IMG/VR virus record: IMGVR_UViG_3300012988_000018
DNA: 64,000 nt
From: an uncultured virus (IMG/VR IMGVR_UViG_3300012988_000018)
Lineage: Duplodnaviria > Heunggongvirae > Uroviricota > Caudoviricetes
Strand: one strand, 5' to 3'
Shown here: positions 17,657 to 28,007 of the stretch, in pieces
How the letters are laid out: each line of letters starts with the position of its first letter
Position numbering within the stretch: the first letter of the stretch is position 1
Notes under the pieces: model-generated
What the model was told of the DNA's origin: nothing
Databases searched by the model: none
What the model saw: the letters and a program-made list of their open reading frames with translations, nothing else
Translations under genes and position numbers: made by a program

Positions 17657-20600
17657 ATCACTGTCCTCGTTCTAGAGATTTCGAACACACCTTGGTAAGT
17701 AATCGTGTCTTGCGCTTGGGACAACACTGTCGATCCGTCTGGAGCGTAGACCTTCCAGGTGATCGTGGCTGGCGTCTTGTTGGGATTGCGTGTCCACAGC
17801 TTTTCAACGATCTTTGAGCCACCAGCAGTGCGCCAGATGCTCGCCGTGGGGAAAGGTTGGGGGCCGATGTCAAGCGTTGACCCAGACCCAATCAGCTCAT
17901 AGGGTCCGTTTTCAGCTAGGTGAATCAGCTGTCGTAGCGAAGCGTGAGAGTTAGCATCAAACAATGACGATGAAAGGATGACCTGACCGTTGCTCTGGCT
18001 GGTGACAGTCAACGCTCCAGCTCCGACCAGGTACGACAGGCCCGCAGAGGTTCGTTGGAGCGAACCTGACAGCTGCGTGAACGTTGAACCCGACAGGGTT
18101 GCTACGACCGATTGATCGATCGAGATCGTTGAACCAGCGACCACGATTCCCGTGCCAGCGACTGGGTTTGAACCACCGCTGCCACCAGACGCGCCTGAGA
18201 TGATGATCTGGCCGTTCGACTGGGTTATCAGCGTGATTCCGCCTTGGGACAACAGGTAAGGCAATCCAGCACTAGTTCGTTGGAGCGAACCTGACAGACC
18301 TCCTCCTGCAATGACCGGTCCAGAGAAGGTTGAACCAGTCAGCGTCGCGAGAACGTTATCGTTGATGCCAAGAGAGACCGTTCCACCGGCACCGCCGTCT
18401 GTTAACGTCAATCCCGCTGAGACTGCCAACGATCTCTCGTTAGGAAGCGATCCGGTGTTACCAATCGTTATGTAAGACGCAGAGACGTCTGGGACTTGCG
18501 TCAACTTGAAACTATTGATCGGTGATAGGCCGATCGTGACGCTTGCGCCGGAGCCGCCGTCGGCGAGCGAAAGGTCAGCTGAAACAGCTAGCGACCTTTC
18601 GTTAGGCAGAGATCCAGTGTTTCCGATCGTCACATAGGACGCAGAAACATCAGCAGCACTGGTGAATGACGAAGCGATCACCACCTGACCGTTTGATTGC
18701 GAAGCGATCGTTACGTTCTGCCCGGCGACCAGGTAAGATAGGCCCGTAGTAGTCCTCTGAAGCGATCCTGATAGCTGAACGAAGGTCGAACCTGAGAGCG
18801 TTGCGACAACAGCAGGATCGATCGAGATAGTCGATCCTGCAACTAAGATGCCTGCGCCAGCGACAGGATTCGAACCCCCGCTACCGCCAGAACCGCTGAT
18901 GATGACTTGACCATTCGATTGGGTCGTGATGGTGATCGAGCCTTGCGAAAGCAGGTATGGAAGGCCAGGAGCGATCTGTTGTAGAGAGCCCGACAATTGA
19001 GCAAAGGTCGAGCCAGACAACGTAGCGACGATCGAGTTATTGACGCCAATGGTAACCGTCGATCCCGCTCCCCCATCTGTCAGTGTCAACCCAGATCCGA
19101 CGCTTAACGATCGTTCATTTGGAAGCGAACCCGTGTTACCGATCGTGACGTACGATGCTGAGACATCAGAAAGCGCAGCCTTAAGGTTGTCTAGGGCATT
19201 TGAGACCGTTGAACCTGAAACCGTCGCTGAGTCATTCGTGATGTCACTTGCATTGATGTAACGCTTCGCCGTCGGGTCTGACGTCAGAGCAATGCCACAG
19301 TTCGCCAACGGAAAGCGAAACGGAATGATCGATGAAAACGATCCAGTCACGTTCTGTCCCGCTGCGACAACGGGAGTCGTCACCGGGAAGGTCAGGTTCG
19401 CAGCTGCAGCAACGACTGCATTACCACCACCGGTGAAATTGATGCCAGTAGCAAACGTGTTAGAAGAGCCGGAGCCCCATACCTTAGCGTTTGCAACAAG
19501 CTGACAGCCGTGACCAACGTAGAATCCCGTTTGGCCCGAGCCGTTACACATCTCAAAATCATTCAACAGTTTCACAGACGCTTGACCAGTCTGTGTGGTG
19601 ATCGACGGGTGGTTCATCGAAATGAACGCTGCATCGATGGCGCATGCTGGACCGAAACGGGCAACTGAGTTGCCAGTAAAGCTCAACCCAGCCTGAAACG
19701 AACACCCGTTGAACAAGAAAAACTGGCCTATCAGCGTCTTCGAACCGGTTCCAGCGATGGTTCGGCAGTTGTTAAACGTGATCGCGCTTAGCGACGTTGA
19801 TGACGTTCCTGTCAATTCACACTGGCTGAACGTGATTCCCAAACCTTGAGGAAGAACGGATCCACCAGTGTGATCGTTCGTTGAGACGTCTTTTACGACG
19901 AACGACGCGAGACCAATCGCACTTGGGCCCAATCCAACTAGATTCGAATTGACACCGATCTTAGAGATCTTCGTCAAAGTTTGTTCAACAACAACCTGGT
20001 CACCGATCGAAGGAAAGGTCAAGCTAGCGTCTGACTCACGATAGAACGGTTTGACCCAAGTGTGTTGGGAATCTGCACCCAGACCTGTCGAGTAAGTGAC
20101 CGAACCTGAAGCTGCGCCGCTGATGACCCGAATCCTTCGACTGGCGACGAAGCTGCTCGTCGTCGATGCAATCATGCCACGAGTTGGCGTAGAAGAATTG
20201 GACGCTGTCACCTCTGACAGGGTCATGGGATTGCTTGATGAGACAGTTCCCAAGATTGTCAACGTGTTAGGAGGTTGGAACGTAGCGTTCAGTGACAACG
20301 TATCATACGTTCCTGGTGCAAAGTACAGAACCGTCGTCTGACGAGGAAAGTAAAGAGTTCCCTCTGGGCACAAGATCTGTGACAGACGCTCTGCAGTTCG
20401 AAGCGGCGTGCTGGGTGAGGTGCCGTTGTTAAGATCTGATCCAGAGACAATGTCAACGTACCAACGATCTACCAGGTGGGCTGGGTTAACTGAACCAGAC
20501 GGACCAGCCTGGATTCCGTATGATGAAATCTGAACCTGACCGTTCGAGCCCGTCACAACAGAGGTCGTTCCGAAGCCGGCGATGTACGTCTCGCCCGTTG

Positions 20601-23600
20601 TCAATCTTTGAAGAGATCCGCTGACAAACGGAGCGTTAACGACGCCTGTGAACGTGGTTCCCGAGACGGTCGCCACGACGCTGTCATTGATGCTGATTGC
20701 GTTGTTCGTCTTCGTGAGCCCAGTGCCAGCAACAGTCGTGTCATTCGATGATGAAACAAAGATCTGACCGTTGGACTGAGAGGTGATCGACACGCCACCT
20801 ACGCCAACAAGATAGCTCAATCCGGATATGGTCTGTTGAAGCGAACCAGTCAGACCCCCAGAGAGAACCAGCGGCCCCGTCATCGACGAACCAGATCTCA
20901 TCACGACAACATTAGGATCGATCGAGACCTGGAAGCTAGAAACGATGACGCCGGTGCCGGCTGAAGGAGGCACAGGTGACGAACCAGAGATTTGAACCTG
21001 ACCGTTCGAGCCCGTCGTTACGGTCACGCCACCTACGCCCGCGATGTACGTCTCCCCCGTCGACAAGCGTTGCAACGATCCCGAGACGCCACCAAGCAAC
21101 GTCAATGGTCCCGTCACAGACGAGCCTGAACGCATCACCACTACGTTGGGATCAACAGAAACCTGGAAACCCGAGACAGTGATGCCTGAACCCGCAGTCG
21201 GTGGAACTGATGAACCTGAGATGACGATCTGCCCGTTCGATTGCGAGACGATAGAAACGTTGCCCGCACCCACCAGGTAAGAAAGTCCCGTGTCAGTTTG
21301 TTGGATCGATGCGCTCAGTCGCTGGAAGCTCGAACCAGATCGCATCGCAACCAAGTTAGGATCAACGCTGATCTGCTGTCCAGAAACGATGACGCCCGTT
21401 CCCGCAGTCACCCCTTGAGGGACTGAGCTGCTGATCAGGATCTGACCGTTAGACTGTGAGGTGATCGATATGCCACCAACACCAACGAGGTATGACGATC
21501 CATCAATCGTCTTCTGAAGCGAACCAGTCAACCCGCCGCTTAGGACGAGGGGCCCGCTCATCGAAGAGCCAGACCGAGCCACGATCAGATTAAAATCGGC
21601 ACTGAACGTTTGGCCGCCCAGGTTGATGCCTTGCCCAGGCAAGTACGCCGTGGGAGCAGAGCTGCTGATCACCACCTGGCCGTTAGATTGGGTCGTGATC
21701 GACGTTCCACCGACGCCAGCAAACGCCGTTTCACCCGTCGCAAGACGTTGCAACGAACCAGACAGACCACCTGCTGCTGTCACGGGTCCTGTGAACCTAG
21801 AACCTGACAGGGTCGCTACGACGTTGTCGTTAATCGAGATCGTGAAAGTTGAATTCGGGCCACCGTCAGTCAGTATGATGCCGCTCGAACCTGCCAACGA
21901 ACGCTCGTTATTCAACGAACCAGTCAATGATACGACCAAGTAAGTCGCATCAGGATCTCCAGAGCCTCCTCCGCTGCCTCCTGCGCCGAGCGCGGTCAGC
22001 GTTAGTCCGGTCGGGTTGTTGACATCGTAAAAACGTAAGTGACTACCTGAACGCTCGATACGAGTCGCTGCATCAGTAAACTGCACGTTGTTCGAGGTGA
22101 TGGTGACGCTACCAGAACCGACCTTGACAGAGCCGCTAAAAACAGCGTCTCCACCAAAGACGCTAACCTTTCTCGTCGTCCCACCGACGGTGCCCGAAAC
22201 ATAAAAGAACGTATCAGTTCCGATGGTGTCAACGTAATTGTTGTCAGACGAGATCGACACGCTTGAGGTCGTCTTTAGCTTGTTTCCACCATCGATCCAA
22301 ACGCTTGACGCTCCACCCGTTGCGGTGCTTGCGATCACGACCTGTCCGTTCGATTGCGAGACGATCGTGACGTTTTGACCAGCGACCAGGTACGAAAGTC
22401 CTGCAGCAGTCTTTTGCAACGAGCCTGACAGCTGCGTGAACGTTGAGCCTGAAAGCGTGGCAACGACAGCAGGATCGATCGAGACGGTCGATCCTGCAAC
22501 CAATATGCCAGAACCAGCAACGGGACTTGAACCTCCAGCTGAACCGCTGATCAAGATCTGACCGTTCGACATTGTCGTCAAGGTTATCGAACCCTGAGCA
22601 AGCAAGTAAGGAAGGCCAGGAGCGACCTGCTGCAGTGAACCAGACAGGCCTGCTGACGCCGAGACTGGACCTGTAAACGTCGAACCTGACAGGGTCGCCA
22701 CGACGTTGTTATTGACACTGAGACTGACCGTGTTACCAGCTCCGCCATCGACCAGCGAAAGACCCGTTCCTACGACCAATGACCTTTCGTTAGGCAAAGA
22801 TCCAGTGTTTCCGATCGTGACGTACGAGGCAGAAACGTCTGCCGCGCTAGTGAACGACGAAGCGATCACCACCTGTCCGTTAGACTGAGACGTGACTGTC
22901 ACGTTCTGTCCAGCGACCAGGTAAGATAGACCTGCGGAGGTTCGCTGTAGCGAACCAGAAAGTTGGACGAAGGTCGAACCTGAGAGCGTCGCTACGATCG
23001 TTGGGTCGATCGAGACAGTTCGATCGTTGACGAGGACCCCTTGGCCCGCCACGGGAGGCAATGACGACCCGCTAACGACAACCTGACCGTTTGATGACGT
23101 AGTCACCGATACGACACCGGCACCAGCGATGAACGTTTCGCCTGTAGCTAGGCGCTGAAGTGATCCCGAGAGTTTGACAAACGTTGCGTTAGATAGCTGA
23201 GCTACGACCGATGGATCGATATTGATCGTTGAACCAGTTACGTTGATTCCCAAGCCCGCTACGGGTACCTGAGGCGCAGAGCTCGACACGAGAATCTGAC
23301 CGTTGGACTGTGAGATTATCGTGGTTCCACCCACGCCGACGAGGTATGACAGGCCCCCGCTTGTCTTTTGCAGAGAACCCGACAGGCCACCTTGGGTTAT
23401 AACGGGACCAGAGAACGTCGATCCAGAAAGGGTAGCGACAACAGAGTCGTTGACAGAGACGACACCAAGGCCAGAAACGTTGACACCGTTACCAGATTGA
23501 GGCGTGACACCAGCAGACGCAGAGACGATGACCTGACCAGTCGATGACGTCACAACAGTGACCGCACCAGCAGCGGCGAGATACGTTTGCCCGCTAGCAA

Positions 23601-25350
23601 GACGTTGCAACGAACCAGACAACTTCGTGAACGTTGCGTCTGACAGTTGGGCAACAACGCTCGGATCGATGTTAACGATGTTGCCGCCCGTGATCAAGAT
23701 GCCAGTGCCACCGACGGGTGGCGCTCCTCCACCTCCGCCGCCCGATCCAGAAATGATGATCTGTCCGTTCGATTGGGAGGTAATGAAAACGCTACCCACG
23801 CCCACCAGGTACGACACCCCTGGAGCGACTTGTTGGATCGAACCGGTCAGGCCAGCTTGTGCATTGACAGGACCTGAGAACGTTGAGCCTGATAGCGTCG
23901 CGACAACAGCATTGTCAATCGCTAACGTAGCACCTGTCTTGGTCAATCCCAAGCCCGCCGCCGTCGTGTCTCCAGAACCAGAGATGAAGATCTGACCGTT
24001 AGACTGCGAGGTTACGCTCACGGCTCCCACGCCGACCAGGTAGCTCAATCCCGCTAGGGTTTTCTGCAATGAGCCAGTCAGGCCACCTGAGGCGACTAGC
24101 TGGCCTGTGAACGTTGAACCTGACAAGGTAGCGACAACGTTGTCATTGATAGAGACCTGTGAGCCCACGACAATGATGCCCGTGCCTTGCGAGGGCGCTG
24201 CACCGCCACCACCCGTGGAACCTGAGATGATGACCTGACCGTTAGACTGGGTCGTGATGGTGATCCCACCCTGTGAGAGAAGGTAAGGCAATCCAGCGCT
24301 GGTTCGCTGCAGCGAACCAGACAGTCCACTCCCGGCGACGACCGGCCCCGTGAAGGTAGATCCAGACAGCGTCGCAACCAGGTTGTCGTTAATTGAGACT
24401 TGCGAGCCAGAGACGACGATTCCCACTCCAGCTGTTACTTGCGACTGTGACGTTGACGATCCGCTGATCAGGATCTGGCCGTTGGACTGGGAGACGATAG
24501 AGATACCGCCCACTCCGACCAGGTACGACAGGCCTGAAGTCGTCTTTTGCAGAGAACCTGACAGTCCTCCGGAGGCAATGATTGCACCCGTAAAAGTCGA
24601 GCCCGAGATCGTGGCTACGACGCTGTCATTGACAGAGAGCGTCAACGTACCGTTCGGTCCGGTGTCAACCGCGCGGAGGCCCGAGGCTCCCGAGACATTG
24701 AGCACTCGCTCGCCTGACAGCGAGGCCGTGGTTGACAAAACCAGGTACGAAGGGGCGGGATCGCCTCCCGAAACGTTGGTCGTCGTTCCAGCGCTAGACC
24801 CACTGATGATCACTTGACCGTTGGACATGGTGGTGATGGTGATCGAGCCTTGCGCTAGCAAGTAAGGCACGCCTGCAGAAACCTGTTGCAGCGAGCCAGA
24901 CAGCTGGGCAAAGGTCGAGCCGGACAAGGTAGCGACGATGGCGTTGTCGAGCGCTAGGGCAAACGTTGCCCCAGGGCCATTGTCGATGGTTCTCAAGCCC
25001 GCAGAGCCCGAGATCGAAAACACTCGTTCGTTAGCAAGCGACGACGTTGCCGACAGGACAAGATACGTCGCAGCAAAGTCGCCACCACCGACGATCGACC
25101 CAGAGAACGTGGACGTTGGGTTTACTTGGACCCACGTCACGGGCGAGATGCTCTTCAAAAACCACACAGAGTCATCATCGGTCTGCAACGCAAACCGATT
25201 CAGGTCATCGCTCGTCAGCTCAGCAGACGTGGTTGGCTTTCCCTCAGAGGGAGTGAAGCTCAACCGATCAGGTTCAGAAGGAAACTTCCACGCGAAAGGC
25301 GCATGGATGCCATCGTTAGGAAACTGTTTCCTGTGTAGTTGGTCGCTCAT
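17653..25350 (-). CDS. giant repeat fibre protein with central beta-helix-like domain
   Basis: 2565 aa; about 21 copies of an ~75-85-aa repeat (VVATLSGSTF..LSGSLQ..YL..SNGQ), 7 copies of YxxxxxTxSLxNER; WYVDIVSGSDLNNGTSPSTPLRT opens a unique domain. Confidence 0.8.
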   Translation of the reverse strand: MSDQLHRKQFPNDGIHAPFAWKFPSEPDRLSFTPSEGKPTTSAELTSDDLNRFALQTDDDSVWFLKSISPVTWVQVNPTSTFSGSIVGGGDFAATYLVLSATSSLANERVFSISGSAGLRTIDNGPGATFALALDNAIVATLSGSTFAQLSGSLQQVSAGVPYLLAQGSITITTMSNGQVIISGSSAGTTTNVSGGDPAPSYLVLSTTASLSGERVLNVSGASGLRAVDTGPNGTLTLSVNDSVVATISGSTFTGAIIASGGLSGSLQKTTSGLSYLVGVGGISIVSQSNGQILISGSSTSQSQVTAGVGIVVSGSQVSINDNLVATLSGSTFTGPVVAGSGLSGSLQRTSAGLPYLLSQGGITITTQSNGQVIISGSTGGGGAAPSQGTGIIVVGSQVSINDNVVATLSGSTFTGQLVASGGLTGSLQKTLAGLSYLVGVGAVSVTSQSNGQIFISGSGDTTAAGLGLTKTGATLAIDNAVVATLSGSTFSGPVNAQAGLTGSIQQVAPGVSYLVGVGSVFITSQSNGQIIISGSGGGGGGAPPVGGTGILITGGNIVNIDPSVVAQLSDATFTKLSGSLQRLASGQTYLAAAGAVTVVTSSTGQVIVSASAGVTPQSGNGVNVSGLGVVSVNDSVVATLSGSTFSGPVITQGGLSGSLQKTSGGLSYLVGVGGTTIISQSNGQILVSSSAPQVPVAGLGINVTGSTINIDPSVVAQLSNATFVKLSGSLQRLATGETFIAGAGVVSVTTSSNGQVVVSGSSLPPVAGQGVLVNDRTVSIDPTIVATLSGSTFVQLSGSLQRTSAGLSYLVAGQNVTVTSQSNGQVVIASSFTSAADVSASYVTIGNTGSLPNERSLVVGTGLSLVDGGAGNTVSLSVNNNVVATLSGSTFTGPVSASAGLSGSLQQVAPGLPYLLAQGSITLTTMSNGQILISGSAGGSSPVAGSGILVAGSTVSIDPAVVATLSGSTFTQLSGSLQKTAAGLSYLVAGQNVTIVSQSNGQVVIASTATGGASSVWIDGGNKLKTTSSVSISSDNNYVDTIGTDTFFYVSGTVGGTTRKVSVFGGDAVFSGSVKVGSGSVTITSNNVQFTDAATRIERSGSHLRFYDVNNPTGLTLTALGAGGSGGGSGDPDATYLVVSLTGSLNNERSLAGSSGIILTDGGPNSTFTISINDNVVATLSGSRFTGPVTAAGGLSGSLQRLATGETAFAGVGGTSITTQSNGQVVISSSAPTAYLPGQGINLGGQTFSADFNLIVARSGSSMSGPLVLSGGLTGSLQKTIDGSSYLVGVGGISITSQSNGQILISSSVPQGVTAGTGVIVSGQQISVDPNLVAMRSGSSFQRLSASIQQTDTGLSYLVGAGNVSIVSQSNGQIVISGSSVPPTAGSGITVSGFQVSVDPNVVVMRSGSSVTGPLTLLGGVSGSLQRLSTGETYIAGVGGVTVTTGSNGQVQISGSSPVPPSAGTGVIVSSFQVSIDPNVVVMRSGSSMTGPLVLSGGLTGSLQQTISGLSYLVGVGGVSITSQSNGQIFVSSSNDTTVAGTGLTKTNNAISINDSVVATVSGTTFTGVVNAPFVSGSLQRLTTGETYIAGFGTTSVVTGSNGQVQISSYGIQAGPSGSVNPAHLVDRWYVDIVSGSDLNNGTSPSTPLRTAERLSQILCPEGTLYFPRQTTVLYFAPGTYDTLSLNATFQPPNTLTILGTVSSSNPMTLSEVTASNSSTPTRGMIASTTSSFVASRRIRVISGAASGSVTYSTGLGADSQHTWVKPFYRESDASLTFPSIGDQVVVEQTLTKISKIGVNSNLVGLGPSAIGLASFVVKDVSTNDHTGGSVLPQGLGITFSQCELTGTSSTSLSAITFNNCRTIAGTGSKTLIGQFFLFNGCSFQAGLSFTGNSVARFGPACAIDAAFISMNHPSITTQTGQASVKLLNDFEMCNGSGQTGFYVGHGCQLVANAKVWGSGSSNTFATGINFTGGGNAVVAAAANLTFPVTTPVVAAGQNVTGSFSSIIPFRFPLANCGIALTSDPTAKRYINASDITNDSATVSGSTVSNALDNLKAALSDVSASYVTIGNTGSLPNERSLSVGSGLTLTDGGAGSTVTIGVNNSIVATLSGSTFAQLSGSLQQIAPGLPYLLSQGSITITTQSNGQVIISGSGGSGGSNPVAGAGILVAGSTISIDPAVVATLSGSTFVQLSGSLQRTTTGLSYLVAGQNVTIASQSNGQVVIASSFTSAADVSASYVTIGNTGSLPNERSLAVSADLSLADGGSGASVTIGLSPINSFKLTQVPDVSASYITIGNTGSLPNERSLAVSAGLTLTDGGAGGTVSLGINDNVLATLTGSTFSGPVIAGGGLSGSLQRTSAGLPYLLSQGGITLITQSNGQIIISGASGGSGGSNPVAGTGIVVAGSTISIDQSVVATLSGSTFTQLSGSLQRTSAGLSYLVGAGALTVTSQSNGQVILSSSLFDANSHASLRQLIHLAENGPYELIGSGSTLDIGPQPFPTASIWRTAGGSKIVEKLWTRNPNKTPATITWKVYAPDGSTVLSQAQDTITYQGVFEISRTRTVI

Positions 25351-25417
25351 CTCAAGCTTAAATAGGCAACACAGATGATTGCCACTTAAGCACGATTGAG
25401 AATCGACTTTTACACGC

Positions 25418-25642
25418 TTACCTGGTCATGATTGCTACTATCGCCCTACGCAACTCACCAAGCGTGGTCCTGATCGTCTTGGTGGGTTCGCTGTCGGTGA
25501 GCAGGTCCTCGTCGTCCGGTTCGTCTGACGAGTTCATGAACTTACGCGATGAAGGCGGGCGATATCCGAAGACAGCGTCCTCAGTAGCCATCACCTTCGG
25601 CTCTTGGATTTTTCTTGAAGTCACGTGTGGGCCTTCAGCCAC
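25418..25642 (-). CDS. small protein with C-terminal leader-like motif
   Basis: Ends IRTTLGELRRAIVAIMTR; preceded by ATAGTTA. Confidence 0.55.
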   Translation of the reverse strand: MAEGPHVTSRKIQEPKVMATEDAVFGYRPPSSRKFMNSSDEPDDEDLLTDSEPTKTIRTTLGELRRAIVAIMTR

Positions 25643-25666
25643 CCTTGGTGGGTTGGCTCAAGGTAA

Positions 25667-25978
25667 CTATGTACGCAAAGCCCTCACAGCCAAATCAAGT
25701 TCTTCTTGGGCCACCGCCAACGCCATGTACGCTTTGATGACACGCTGCAGCGGCGCTGGCAGGCTGTCGAACCCCACGTAACGTTCGTCGTTGGGAGGGT
25801 TATTAACACGATCGACGATCTCAGAAATCACTGCTTTTGAAGCGAGGATGTCTTTCTTGATCTGATCAAAGTCACGTAAGGCAGCGTGTCGACCCACGTC
25901 AGCTGCTGCAGGTGGACCGAACTGTTCGTTTTTGATCGCGTTCTCAACAAGCGAGCATGCGTCACTGTCATCAATCAT
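25667..25978 (-). CDS. hypothetical protein
   Basis: 103-aa helical ORF overlapping the upstream gene end. Confidence 0.6.
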   Translation of the reverse strand: MIDDSDACSLVENAIKNEQFGPPAAADVGRHAALRDFDQIKKDILASKAVISEIVDRVNNPPNDERYVGFDSLPAPLQRVIKAYMALAVAQEELDLAVRALRT

Positions 25979-26648
25979 CTTGTGTTTCTTCCTCTTCGTA
26001 TTTCAACGGGATCGTAGGCCACACCTTCTGCAACCACAAGAGCGCCGCCTCAGCATTGGGATGAACGCCGTCGTAGAGCGGGATGTTAGCTGCCTCTGTG
26101 TCAAAGTAATCGCAAGTCGGAGAGACTGCGGCGCGGATCAACCCGTTGATCTCCCAAGACTTTCCATGGACTGCGGTGTTGCCGACCCAAACACACTGAA
26201 ACCCTCGATCTTTGATGATGTTTAAGACCGGATCGACGGCCGGCACTTTCTCTTGCCAGTAGTGATTGGTTCCCAAAAAAATCAGAACGACGTCTGGTTT
26301 CGGGTGTCGCGACAGCGCTGCGCGAAAGTTTCCTCCCACGCCCCAGTACTGCACGACAGTGCCACCCTTGCAATCGACATCGACGGCATCAGTTGGTAGC
26401 TTAGCAAGCTTGACCACGGGTGCAACTGCACAAGCCTCTGAGTCACCAATGATCAGAATCCGACGTTTGGCGATCTTTCGCGGCGGGAGAGCGGGTTCGA
26501 GTTCCTTCGTCTCTTCGACGAAAGGCACGTTTGTTCCTATTGCGACAGGAGGTGAGGGTTGAGCCAACGGCATGGGTGCCAACAAGACGGGTGTCGCTCG
26601 ACTGACGCATGACAACGTCAGGAACGCTGCGAGGTAATGTGATTTCAT
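25971..26648 (-). CDS. SGNH/GDSL hydrolase, probable lipoprotein
   Basis: Signal with lipobox-like LTLSC, Pro-rich linker, LIIGDS, FLGTN, DGVHPN. Confidence 0.8.
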   Translation of the reverse strand: MKSHYLAAFLTLSCVSRATPVLLAPMPLAQPSPPVAIGTNVPFVEETKELEPALPPRKIAKRRILIIGDSEACAVAPVVKLAKLPTDAVDVDCKGGTVVQYWGVGGNFRAALSRHPKPDVVLIFLGTNHYWQEKVPAVDPVLNIIKDRGFQCVWVGNTAVHGKSWEINGLIRAAVSPTCDYFDTEAANIPLYDGVHPNAEAALLWLQKVWPTIPLKYEEEETQDD

Positions 26649-27256
26649 GGGCTCTCCGACGGGCGCTTGATGAGGACGACAGGTTCACCAGGAACGGGCT
26701 TGAATGTCGTCCAGTCCGGGTGGGCTGCAAGCCACTCGTCGACAGCAGGTTTCACGCCATGTTTTTCAGTGTCGATCTTTCGTGTCGCGACAGAGACCTC
26801 TTCGTAACCCGGGCGCTCGGAATACCACAGGTCCCTGTCTGACCACCTACCATCGTAATCATCGACAACGATGATGCTGTGATCGTAGATCATTCGCTCG
26901 AGCAGCTTCAGCTCCTCTGAGACAGTATGATAGTTGTGATCGCCATCGAGCAAGATGACGTCAAACTTCATGCCTTGGTCTACCATCTTCGGTAGGACGG
27001 TCAGGCTGTTGTCAGCGACCAGGTACGCTGACTGCTTTGGTTGCAGGTCAAGGTTCGCTAGCGTTAATGTGACAGCATCCTGGACGAGGATGTCAATGCC
27101 ACACGCGAGAAACTCTTGCCTGGTCCTAGCCAGGAAGGCTACTAACGAGATGAACGACACGCCCCTGTCAACACCTACCTCCATTATCGAGGGTGGGTGT
27201 TTCAATTGGTGCAGGAACTGTTTACACAACGGAAGGTACCCGTGATACGCCATCAC
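26645..27256 (-). CDS. class I SAM-dependent methyltransferase (Methyltransf_24-like)
   Basis: MEVGVDRGVS, FDVILLDGDHNY, IIVVDDY, GVKPAVDEW. Confidence 0.85.
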   Translation of the reverse strand: MMAYHGYLPLCKQFLHQLKHPPSIMEVGVDRGVSFISLVAFLARTRQEFLACGIDILVQDAVTLTLANLDLQPKQSAYLVADNSLTVLPKMVDQGMKFDVILLDGDHNYHTVSEELKLLERMIYDHSIIVVDDYDGRWSDRDLWYSERPGYEEVSVATRKIDTEKHGVKPAVDEWLAAHPDWTTFKPVPGEPVVLIKRPSESP

Positions 27257-27262
27257 GGTTAT

Positions 27263-27291
27263 CGTATAACCACAACGTCAACAGTTCAACT
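27263..27291 (-). promoter_or_regulatory. sigma70-like promoter
   Basis: Minus strand TTGAAC-17 nt-TACGAT before the methyltransferase. Confidence 0.45.
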
Positions 27292-27514
27292 ATCGACCAG
27301 CAAGCAATACTTGGACAGCAGTCCTGACGCGTTCTTGGAGCTCAGTCGGCAGCACAGACAGCAACACGTAGGTCTCGATCTTGGTGATCCCCTGTTGGGT
27401 GCCGCCCTCCGTCATCATAGCATTGGGCGTGACGCCCACGCGTAAGGCAACGGGAGCAGGACCAACTTTCGAGTTGATCATGGGCTGGTACAGGTCGACT
27501 TTTTGGGCGCCCAT
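27290..27514 (-). CDS. hypothetical protein
   Basis: MGAQKVDLYQP...LPTELQERVRTAVQVLLAGR. Confidence 0.6.
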   Translation of the reverse strand: MGAQKVDLYQPMINSKVGPAPVALRVGVTPNAMMTEGGTQQGITKIETYVLLSVLPTELQERVRTAVQVLLAGR

Positions 27515-27516
27515 GA

Positions 27517-27696
27517 TCAACCTTTCAGGATGCGAGTTCCCTCGTTGAGGGCGTTGTTGGCCTGGGTCAGGCGGGCGCGAAGCTGCTTGAGCTCGTCTCG
27601 CATCGCCTTGGTGTCGTGACCTGACTCAGCCGCGGCGCGGATGGCGTCTTCTTGTTGGGTGATCTGTTCTAGAATTAGTTCCGTTGATGCTGACAT
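27517..27696 (-). CDS. 59-aa coiled-coil protein (not in ORF track)
   Basis: Read from sequence: MSASTELILEQITQQEDAIRAAAESGHDTKAMRDELKQLRARLTQANNALNEGTRILKG*; preceded by ATAATTA. Confidence 0.7.
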   Translation of the reverse strand: MSASTELILEQITQQEDAIRAAAESGHDTKAMRDELKQLRARLTQANNALNEGTRILKG

Positions 27697-27709
27697 GAAC
27701 GTAATTATA

Positions 27710-28006
27710 CTACGGCATCATGACAACAGCTACGGTATCTTTTAGACCGTGAGCTTGGGTAATCAAGCGGTTGTATTCATAGCTGCCAGGATCGCAGAAG
27801 CAACCTAGGTACACGAGTTCACGAACGTACTTGTCAACCACGTCGCAATCAGGTCTCATGCGAGCGATGAGCTGATTCGAGATGACAAGCACCGTCATGT
27901 CGTCATCATCGCCGAAGCAGACGACGCTGCCCGGGCTGATCTGATCGACTGGGTGCAATGGCATGTTTGCCCCGTTCGTTTTCAACAGGGAACCCACGAT
28001 GGCCAT
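27710..28006 (-). CDS. hypothetical protein
   Basis: 98-aa ORF adjacent to the upstream gene. Confidence 0.55.
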   Translation of the reverse strand: MAIVGSLLKTNGANMPLHPVDQISPGSVVCFGDDDDMTVLVISNQLIARMRPDCDVVDKYVRELVYLGCFCDPGSYEYNRLITQAHGLKDTVAVVMMP

Positions 28007-28007
28007 C

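Noticed and set aside
17653..25350. CRISPR or DGR-like DNA repeat array
   Set aside because: Repeats are in-frame protein repeats with synonymous divergence; no spacers, no reverse transcriptase, no adenine-specific variation seen
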